DNA of 64,000 nt from a virus (lineage: Duplodnaviria; Heunggongvirae; Uroviricota; Caudoviricetes), in IMG/VR virus record IMGVR_UViG_3300028413_000003, positions 187,141-251,140 of that record; one strand, given 5' to 3'. Under the pieces are notes generated by a model. That model made no database searches, was not told the DNA's origin, and was given only the letters and a program-made list of their open reading frames with translations. Positions 56,262 to 64,000 of the stretch are shown here, piece by piece; the stretch's first letter is position 1, and every line of letters begins with the position of its first letter. Made by a program: the position numbers and the translations under genes.

Positions 56262-59200
56262 ATGAGATTACTTAAATCACAAAATACAAACTCAAGAAAC
56301 ATCAAAGGAAGTGGCCTAAAGGTAGATCCATCGCAGCAACAAGTGTCACTTGATGTTAGCGGATCTTTAATTATTCCCAAAGGCCCAACTTCGTTACGTC
56401 CTCTCAGAGCCGCAGCTGGATCGGCACGATACAACACAGACACGCTTAAATTTGAGTATTTTGAAGGCAACGAATGGACTAATGCAATTGACATAGCCGA
56501 CAATGTGTTTTATGTTACCAAGAATGGGTCAGACTCAAACAATGGCAAAACAATAGGCAGTGGATTTTCATCTATTAAATATGCATTGAGCAAAGTACCC
56601 GAGGGTGCAACTTTGCACATTAAAGCAGGTGATTATACTTTAGAAAATCCTGTTATTGTTCCAAAGGATGTAGGAATCATTGGAGATAGTTTACGTACAG
56701 TTATAATACGATCAGCTTCACCAAAGGTAGACATGTTTTGGGTAAACAACGGTTCGTATCTTGCCGGTATCACTTTTAAGGATCACGAAGCACCGGCAGC
56801 TGTTGTAGCATTTAACCCTGATGGATCAGCTGGACAAATTTTTAAATCTCCGTACGTACAAAACTGTACGTCTATCACTACTACCGGTACTGGTATGCGA
56901 GTCGACGGCGCACATGCAACTGGATTAAAGTCTATGGTTGTTGACGCATTTACTCAATATAACCAAGGCGGCACTGGAATTCACATGCTGAACCTAGGTA
57001 ACACTCAGTTAGTTTCGGTATTTACAATTTGTTGCGAAATTGCAATTCTATGCGAATCTGGAGGATTTTGTTCATTAACAAACTCAAACAGCTCGTTTGG
57101 TACATTTGGATTAAAAGCCGATGGAGTAAGTCTTCCGAAGTATTACGGGTCAGTTGCTCAGACAATTACAGCACCAAAATTTGGTGGCTCGGATATATTA
57201 ATAAATAATTTAGTTAAGCGTCCAAACTCCGGAGACGCATTATCATTCGACGGATCAAAATATTACACAGTTTCTACAACATCCGATGTTAAAATTGGTA
57301 AAACAACGGTTGAAAATCCTAATTTTACTAATCAATTGTCGTCCCTGCAGATTGCAAGAAATACAATAATTGCAGCAACTGATGCATTAAAGGTTGATAC
57401 AGTAGCTTATGTTAATACAACATATCCATCATTGCAATACAGTCAATCTAAATGTGCAAGAGACGTTGGCATCCTTATTAAAGCTGCTACTAGCGACATG
57501 GTAATGAATACTAATTACAGTAGTATTGTTTCAGCAAGGTCGTACTATAATGGGTCAGCAAGTGGATTAATTAGTAACCAGTTAACGGAAACAATTGCAG
57601 CCATTGAATTCTTAAAAACAGAAATGCTAGCATTACTAACTAATGGTACTGTTCCATATATAAGAATAGAATCTAACCTTAATGAAATCATTGATATTGT
57701 AACCAATGGCATTGGTAATGCCGACACAATAGAGTTCAACGACCCAGTTGGTGTATCAAGTGCTGAACTAAGAGCTAAATCTATTTTAGTATTAAACAAA
57801 GACTTTATTATTGAAGAAGGTATTGCATATATTAACGAAAATTATCCCTCGTCGACATATAACGAAGCAGTATGCAGAACTGATATTGGTTATATAGTTG
57901 ATGCTATTACATACGATGTCCTTTACGGTGGAAACAGTCAAAGTCTTGTAGCGGGTCAACAATATTATTTTGGTACTGCACTGCAATTAGGCGAAGATGA
58001 AAAAGATTCAACTCTTGCTGTATATAATTATATTAGAACAGTTACAAAAGATTGCCTATTAAACATTACAGTTGTGCGTAAAAATTCAGTTACTACACAA
58101 GATACTAGCACTAATTCGTCTACAGTAGAGATGACAATTAAAACAAATACATTATATGACACTATAACAGGTTATATAGAGAATGGTAGTTTTATAAATG
58201 ATTTTATTGACAACAATGAGCCAGACTTTTCGTCACAGGATGCTACTTCGTTGTCTTCAAGACAAACTATACTCGACAATAAAACTAAAATTTCTATTGA
58301 TACTATTGAGTTTTTAAATGACCAATTTTCTAGTTTTGTTTACGACGAAGTACTATGTTCAAGAGACGTTGGCTTAATCATTGATGCTGTTTCTATGGAC
58401 GTTGCACTAGGAACAAATTACAACTCGGTTATTGCAGGTTTGTCTTATCAAAGAATAAACTCTCTTAAAGTAAAACAAGACCAGTTTGTACAAACTAAAT
58501 CGGCAATTGAATTTGTTAGAGATAGCTTAATTGCCCTTGAGGTTGGTACTACTGCAACCTCAAGGATTAATCTATCATTTAACGAAATGCTGGACATTTT
58601 TGAAAACAATAATCCGGACTCGATAACATTTCCGGAACCTACTAATGCAGATAGTGCAACTATTAATGCTAAGGATTTATTACAATTAAATAAAGATTTT
58701 CTTATAGCAGAGACTATTGCGTTTATTAACGACGCATTTCCTCCCCATATATACAATGAAGAAAAATGTATACGAGATGTTGGATTAATTTTAGATGCTG
58801 TTTCACTGGATGTTGTGTTAAATTCAAATCATAATTCTATCACAGCAGGACTTTCATACAGAAGAGGAAGTTCGGCAGTAGTACTTGCTAATCAATTGTC
58901 ACAGACACTAGCAGCAATAGAATTTGTAAAAGTAACAATACTTGCATTAAATATTAGTTCAACTAGCAAAATTAGAGTTGCTACGTTATTTAATGAAATA
59001 ACTAACATAATAAACACAAATGCACAGAGTACAACAGTTAACACGTTACCGATTAACGCAACAGAAAATACACTCAATGCTAATTCTCAATTTGTTGCAA
59101 ACAAACTCTTTATGCAAGACGAAATTGATGCATGGATTACTGTTCAAGTTGCAGAGAACATTTCACCATTTACTTTATCATTTACATATGACGCTGCTGC

Positions 59201-61268
59201 ATGTCGTCGAGATGTTGGATTTATAATCGATGCATTAATATTTGATACATTATACGGTGGTAATACTGCTTCTAGAGTTGTCGCAGAGAGCTATTTTGAT
59301 AACGCTGTATTACAACTCGGCACGGGTCAAACGGCTCCGACTATTGCAGTATTTGAAAGATTACAAACAGTAGTTGCTCAGGTCATACAGAAACAAAGTG
59401 TAGTAGTGTCAACTGGCAATGCCAGTGTGCAAGATATTACCGGCGACGCAGCAAGTGTCAATGAAGCAAATGACGCAACTTCATTAATTCAAATAACCAT
59501 TGATATTGTACAAGCAGGATCAGCTGCCGGCTTGGACGAAAAAGAACTTCCTTCAATAACTTGGACGGCAACAACTGCTCAGGCTGATTATGCAACAATT
59601 ATTGGTAACAAGTCATCTGTTTCGTTACTTGCTATTGCCGAGATTAACAATGAAATTGCAGACTTTGCGTTTGACGAAGACAAGTGTGCAAGAGATGTAG
59701 GATTTATTGTTGATGCATTAACATACGATACACTTTATGGCGGTAATACTGCAATGCGCACAGTAGCATTGAGTTACTTTGCGGGCAGGACAAGTCAGCT
59801 AGGTGCCGACGAAGTTATGGAAACTATTTCAGCTTATGATCATCTTAGTTCGGTAATCACCGATGTTGTACAGGAAGTGGCAATCTCGGTAACTACTGGA
59901 AATATAGAATCACAGGTGATTAATTCAACTCCATCAAATGCAGTTACAGCAACAGGAATTGCAAGAAAATTAGAATTAGTGATCTCTGTTATAAGAGCAG
60001 GTAATACCGATTCAGTAGTTTCAAAAATTAATCCGTCAATTGCGTGGGCACCGACAGAATTACAAAGTGACTATTTAGAAATAGTTACCAGTAGTATCGA
60101 CACGCGAGCAGCGACAATAGATTATATTAATACTCGATTTAGTAAGTTCAATTACAACCAGTCAAAGTGTGCAAGGGATATTAAGCTTATTATACAAGCA
60201 GTTGTTGACGACTTGGCACTTGATACTAACTATAAAACTATATTAGCAGGAAAGAGTTATTATAGAGCAAGCGCAGCAAAAGTTATTGGCAATCAGTTAT
60301 CAGAAACAACTGCGGCGATTAACTTCGTTAAGATAAAAATACTAGAATTAATAGATAGTTCTATTAGCGACTATAGTACAATTTCGGATAGTTTTGATAT
60401 GTTAATTAACATTATATCTAACGGTACTAGTGTAGCACCTGCGATTAATTACACTGCGCCGGTTGGCGTAAATGTAAATGTAGAACAGTCAAGAGATATT
60501 TTGCAAAATAACAAACAATTTATAATCGACGAGGGTACTGCATTTATTTCTTTATATTATCCGTTACTCGAATACAATTCTGCAAAATGTGAAGAAGATA
60601 TTGCATTTATAATAGATGCAATTACATACGATTTATTATACAATGGAAACAGTCAAACAATTGATGCCGCTGATGAATATTATAGCGGCGGCACATTACA
60701 GATTCCGGCAAGTCAAAAATCTGTCACCCTTGCAACTTATGCAAGATTAAAAGATGTTGTATCTGATTGCATAACTAACATTACAGTTAATTCACTGCAA
60801 TCCGTAAGTGTACAAGATACTTCGATTGCACCTGCTACAGCTACCGAAGTGATCAAAGTTGAGGAGTTGTTTGACATTGTAATTAGACTGGTTGATAACG
60901 GATATGTATGTCAGGTAACACTTGATGAAACTATTCCACTTGATACCAACGACATTATATCAGGATCTTCAGTTAGTTTCCATCAGTATAGTTTAATTAC
61001 TGCAAGCGGACATACATTTGAGTGGGTCGGCGCCGGCATAGACGTTAACGCTGCATTACCGTACGAAGGTGGACGGCCAATTCTAGAAAATCAAGTTATA
61101 CAACAAAACGGCGGCAGAGTCTACTATACTGGTACAGATCAGGAAGGCGATTTTAGAATCGGTGATGACTTAACGATAAATAGAACGACAGGTACAATTG
61201 AAGGCGACACTTTTGATAGAAGTTTGTTTGCTGTGCTAACACCATACATACTAGCAATTGAGGATTAA
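56262..61268 (+). CDS. Large virion protein: N-terminal beta-helix-like domain plus eight tandem helical repeats with a phycobiliprotein-like C-x-R-D motif
   Basis: VFYVTKNGSDSNNG..IKAGDY..GDSLR..SPYVQNCTS, then repeats with Cys at residues 398, 538, 699, 836, 981, 1142, 1303 and 1443. Confidence 0.8.
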   Translation: MRLLKSQNTNSRNIKGSGLKVDPSQQQVSLDVSGSLIIPKGPTSLRPLRAAAGSARYNTDTLKFEYFEGNEWTNAIDIADNVFYVTKNGSDSNNGKTIGSGFSSIKYALSKVPEGATLHIKAGDYTLENPVIVPKDVGIIGDSLRTVIIRSASPKVDMFWVNNGSYLAGITFKDHEAPAAVVAFNPDGSAGQIFKSPYVQNCTSITTTGTGMRVDGAHATGLKSMVVDAFTQYNQGGTGIHMLNLGNTQLVSVFTICCEIAILCESGGFCSLTNSNSSFGTFGLKADGVSLPKYYGSVAQTITAPKFGGSDILINNLVKRPNSGDALSFDGSKYYTVSTTSDVKIGKTTVENPNFTNQLSSLQIARNTIIAATDALKVDTVAYVNTTYPSLQYSQSKCARDVGILIKAATSDMVMNTNYSSIVSARSYYNGSASGLISNQLTETIAAIEFLKTEMLALLTNGTVPYIRIESNLNEIIDIVTNGIGNADTIEFNDPVGVSSAELRAKSILVLNKDFIIEEGIAYINENYPSSTYNEAVCRTDIGYIVDAITYDVLYGGNSQSLVAGQQYYFGTALQLGEDEKDSTLAVYNYIRTVTKDCLLNITVVRKNSVTTQDTSTNSSTVEMTIKTNTLYDTITGYIENGSFINDFIDNNEPDFSSQDATSLSSRQTILDNKTKISIDTIEFLNDQFSSFVYDEVLCSRDVGLIIDAVSMDVALGTNYNSVIAGLSYQRINSLKVKQDQFVQTKSAIEFVRDSLIALEVGTTATSRINLSFNEMLDIFENNNPDSITFPEPTNADSATINAKDLLQLNKDFLIAETIAFINDAFPPHIYNEEKCIRDVGLILDAVSLDVVLNSNHNSITAGLSYRRGSSAVVLANQLSQTLAAIEFVKVTILALNISSTSKIRVATLFNEITNIINTNAQSTTVNTLPINATENTLNANSQFVANKLFMQDEIDAWITVQVAENISPFTLSFTYDAAACRRDVGFIIDALIFDTLYGGNTASRVVAESYFDNAVLQLGTGQTAPTIAVFERLQTVVAQVIQKQSVVVSTGNASVQDITGDAASVNEANDATSLIQITIDIVQAGSAAGLDEKELPSITWTATTAQADYATIIGNKSSVSLLAIAEINNEIADFAFDEDKCARDVGFIVDALTYDTLYGGNTAMRTVALSYFAGRTSQLGADEVMETISAYDHLSSVITDVVQEVAISVTTGNIESQVINSTPSNAVTATGIARKLELVISVIRAGNTDSVVSKINPSIAWAPTELQSDYLEIVTSSIDTRAATIDYINTRFSKFNYNQSKCARDIKLIIQAVVDDLALDTNYKTILAGKSYYRASAAKVIGNQLSETTAAINFVKIKILELIDSSISDYSTISDSFDMLINIISNGTSVAPAINYTAPVGVNVNVEQSRDILQNNKQFIIDEGTAFISLYYPLLEYNSAKCEEDIAFIIDAITYDLLYNGNSQTIDAADEYYSGGTLQIPASQKSVTLATYARLKDVVSDCITNITVNSLQSVSVQDTSIAPATATEVIKVEELFDIVIRLVDNGYVCQVTLDETIPLDTNDIISGSSVSFHQYSLITASGHTFEWVGAGIDVNAALPYEGGRPILENQVIQQNGGRVYYTGTDQEGDFRIGDDLTINRTTGTIEGDTFDRSLFAVLTPYILAIED

Positions 61269-61273
61269 TAATA

Positions 61274-61612
61274 ATGGCATCACCTATTAACGTATTTAGA
61301 ACTATAACAGCAGACGTAACAACTGCTAACGAAATAATATATAGTTCACCACTAGGAAACACCGGAATTGTTCTAATGGCACAAGTTGCTAACATAACTA
61401 CGTCAAGTGCTGAAATAACTTTTACACATTTTAACAGTTCGACTAATACAGATACAGAATTAGTAAAGGGATTTACAATCCCTGGAAACGATTCAACTAG
61501 CTTAATTACAGGTAAACTAATTATCGAGGAAGGCAACAGTATTAAAATATATGCATCGTCAGATAATGCATTTAAAATTACACTGAGTGTACTGGAGTCG
61601 CTTAATGCGTAA
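61274..61612 (+). CDS. Small beta-sandwich virion adaptor-like protein
   Basis: IVLMAQVAN...IPGNDSTSLITGKLIIEEGNSI...TLSVLES. Confidence 0.65.
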   Translation: MASPINVFRTITADVTTANEIIYSSPLGNTGIVLMAQVANITTSSAEITFTHFNSSTNTDTELVKGFTIPGNDSTSLITGKLIIEEGNSIKIYASSDNAFKITLSVLESLNA

Positions 61613-64000
61613 TTTAAAACTTTTAAGTAATAAAGTTAAAAAAACTCCGTCTGCAGATGCCTCTGCAGACCGTTATGATTTTATAGATCTACAAAATGCC
61701 GAGCCAGACTTAGGAGTACCCACAGTTGAAAATAGTGTTCCGGCATCAGATATTTCTGGTACACGAAAATGGTTAAACTTTGACAATGGCATAGAAGTTA
61801 ATAACGATGATTCAATTAGCGTTGATAGCACTGTTATTCGAACATCAGGTGACCAAGTTATTAATGGACTTAAAACATTTCAGGACATTTCAACGTTTGA
61901 AAACGGCATAAATGTTGCCGACTTAAATATTAGTGGTGTTACAATTACATCAGAGATTGATGAAAATATTGTACTCAACCCTAACGGCACTGGGGTTGTT
62001 TCTGTAACTAATTCAAGAATTATTAATGTATTACCGCCAACTGGCCCGCAAGATGCTGCTACCAAGAACTATGTTGACACATTTAATTCTGGAAAGTATT
62101 CAAACTGGACATATATAACTGGCAATTATACTGCTATTTCCGGAGATGCATTATTACTTGATAGTACTACTACTGGATCATTTAATGTTACATTGCCGGC
62201 TGCACCAGTATCGGGTAGTGTTGTTATTATCGGCGACGGTGGCAATGTAGCGGTTAATAATGTTACAGTAATACGCAACGGGAATACAATCGAAGGACAG
62301 ACTAATGACTATGTATTATCAGTTTCTGAAGAGATTAATAGGTTTATATTTGATGGTTCTACATGGCAAATATTAACGTCAACAACTGCATTGCTTGGAG
62401 CCGAAACCTCTGATACAGAGCCAAGCAATGCAGTAGACGGACAAGTTTGGTTTAATACGTCTGACTCGACTCTTAATATATATTATGATGATGGAACAAG
62501 TCAACAATGGGTAACCACTAGTGGTCCACAAGGACCACAAGGTGATACTGGTAGTAGCAGCGACCGCTACAAAACAACTAGTTCATCGACACTTACTATT
62601 AGCACAGGTACAAAAAACTTAGTTGTTGACGAAGATTTATCATACTCTATCTCTCAAACAGTTATTATATCATTTGACAGCATAAACTTTATGACAGGCG
62701 AAGTAGTTAGCTACAATCCTGTTAATGGAGATCTTGAAGTTAATGTTACATCGATAACTGGATCTGGCACATATAGTACATGGGATGTAAACTTAGACGG
62801 AGTTGCAGGCATAAAAGGTGACACTGGATTTACTGGATCTGTTGGCACTGGGTTTTCTGGATCTCAGGGAATACGTGGCCCAATCGGCTATACTGGATCT
62901 CGCGGATTTACTGGGTCACAGGGCAATCTTGGCTATACTGGATCACAGGGTAATCTTGGCTATACTGGATCTCGCGGATTTACTGGGTCACAGGGCAATC
63001 TTGGCTATACTGGATCACAGGGTAATCTTGGCTATACTGGATCTCTCGGATTTACTGGGTCCCGAGGTATTCAAGGTACAACGGGCATCCAAGGTATTCA
63101 AGGAACTACTGGCATTCAAGGCATAGATGGGTCCCAAGGTATTCAAGGTATAGATGGGACTTTGGGCGCACAGGGTATTCAGGGTATTCAAGGTATTCAA
63201 GGAACAGCGGGTATTCAGGGTATTCAAGGTATTCAAGGTATTCAAGGAACTACTGGCATTCAAGGAACAGTTGGGTCCCAGGGTATTCAAGGAACAGCGG
63301 GTATTCAGGGTATTCAAGGTATTCAAGGTATTCAAGGAACTACTGGCATTCAAGGCATTCAGGGAACTACTGGTATTCAAGGTAGACAAGGCGTTCAAGG
63401 AACAACTGGCATTCAAGGTATTCAAGGAACTACTGGCATTCAGGGCATAGATGGAACCTTGGGCGCACAAGGTATTCAGGGTATTCGAGGAACTACTGGT
63501 ATTCAAGGAACTACTGGCATTCAGGGCATAGATGGAACCTTGGGCGCACAAGGTATTCAAGGAACTACTGGCATTCAAGGTATTCAAGGAACTACTGGCA
63601 TTCAGGGCATAGATGGAACCTTGGGCGCACAAGGTATTCAGGGTATTCGAGGAACTACTGGTATTCAAGGAACTACTGGCATTCAGGGCATAGATGGAAC
63701 CTTGGGCGCACAAGGTATTCAAGGTATTCGAGGAACTACTGGTATTCAAGGAACTACTGGCATTCAGGGCATAGATGGTACTCTGGGTGCACAAGGTGCA
63801 CAGGGTATTCAAGGCATTCAAGGAACTACTGGTATTCGAGGTATAGATGGTACTCTGGGTGCACAGGGTATTCAAGGCATTCAAGGAACTACTGGTATTC
63901 GAGGTATAGATGGTACTCTGGGTGCACAAGGTGCACAGGGTATTCAAGGCATTCAAGGAACTACTGGTATTCGAGGTATAGATGGTACTCTGGGTGCACA
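61605..64000 (+). CDS. Collagen-like fibre protein, partial (runs off window end)
   Basis: Not in the ORF track. ATG 61605 overlaps the upstream stop; MRNLKLLSNKVKKTPSADAS..AEPDLGVP..; fibre motifs (QDAATKNYVD, FNVTLPAAP, GQVWFNTSD); in-frame Gly-X-Y from 62799 to the end. Confidence 0.88.
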   Translation, partial: MRNLKLLSNKVKKTPSADASADRYDFIDLQNAEPDLGVPTVENSVPASDISGTRKWLNFDNGIEVNNDDSISVDSTVIRTSGDQVINGLKTFQDISTFENGINVADLNISGVTITSEIDENIVLNPNGTGVVSVTNSRIINVLPPTGPQDAATKNYVDTFNSGKYSNWTYITGNYTAISGDALLLDSTTTGSFNVTLPAAPVSGSVVIIGDGGNVAVNNVTVIRNGNTIEGQTNDYVLSVSEEINRFIFDGSTWQILTSTTALLGAETSDTEPSNAVDGQVWFNTSDSTLNIYYDDGTSQQWVTTSGPQGPQGDTGSSSDRYKTTSSSTLTISTGTKNLVVDEDLSYSISQTVIISFDSINFMTGEVVSYNPVNGDLEVNVTSITGSGTYSTWDVNLDGVAGIKGDTGFTGSVGTGFSGSQGIRGPIGYTGSRGFTGSQGNLGYTGSQGNLGYTGSRGFTGSQGNLGYTGSQGNLGYTGSLGFTGSRGIQGTTGIQGIQGTTGIQGIDGSQGIQGIDGTLGAQGIQGIQGIQGTAGIQGIQGIQGIQGTTGIQGTVGSQGIQGTAGIQGIQGIQGIQGTTGIQGIQGTTGIQGRQGVQGTTGIQGIQGTTGIQGIDGTLGAQGIQGIRGTTGIQGTTGIQGIDGTLGAQGIQGTTGIQGIQGTTGIQGIDGTLGAQGIQGIRGTTGIQGTTGIQGIDGTLGAQGIQGIRGTTGIQGTTGIQGIDGTLGAQGAQGIQGIQGTTGIRGIDGTLGAQGIQGIQGTTGIRGIDGTLGAQGAQGIQGIQGTTGIRGIDGTLGA
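62799..64000 (+). repeat. Gly-X-Y collagen-like tandem repeats (>120 triplets)
   Basis: 72-bp unit (GYT GSR GFT GSQ GNL GYT GSQ GNL) about 2.4 times from 62886, then a mosaic of GIQ/GTT/GID/GTL/GAQ/GIR 9-bp units. Confidence 0.95.

Noticed and set aside
63015-63956. 313-aa - strand ORF and short + strand ORFs (62818, 63154) with repetitive translations
   Set aside because: These are shadow frames of the collagen repeat; the Gly-X-Y frame is continuous with ATG 61605.
62886-64000. Repeat array considered as CRISPR or guide array
   Set aside because: Units are multiples of 9 bp, in frame, and have no unique spacers.
1-64000. Stop-codon reassignment, tRNA genes, CRISPR arrays, DGR or reverse transcriptase
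   Set aside because: Long genes are intact in the standard code with TAA, TAG and TGA all used as stops; no cloverleaf, repeat-spacer array or RT motif was seen by eye.

Overview
This window is a segment of a large, AT-rich T4-like (myovirus-type) phage genome, read in the standard code. 1-32558 (- strand) is a tail/baseplate module: paralogous fibre proteins, a 4451-aa virion protein, gp6-, gp25-, gp5-, gp53- and gp48/54-like genes. 32634-38810 (+) holds a gp55-like late sigma factor, gp47 and gp46 recombination nuclease genes and a small GIY-YIG-like ORF. Next come a tail-chaperone/hub pair, a tape-measure-like gene, the head module (portal, protease, scaffold, major capsid) and a fibre/appendage cluster ending in a collagen-like ORF that runs off the window. 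Main highlights: (1) gp46/Rad50 is broken inside its Walker A motif by an atypically split intein (37-aa N part, 124-aa C part) with a Vsr-type endonuclease gene between the halves. (2) The portal gene carries a 385-aa HNH intein. (3) A 1668-aa virion protein has eight tandem ~140-160-aa repeats, each centred on a C-x-x-D (mostly C-x-R-D) motif resembling the bilin-attachment helix of phycobiliproteins. (4) There are two long, helix-rich non-coding regions that are candidate large ncRNAs (38811-39345 and 54150-54430), plus a compact three-way-junction leader. (5) There is a candidate -1 frameshift in the chaperone pair. All family calls come from motif recognition by eye; no searches were run.
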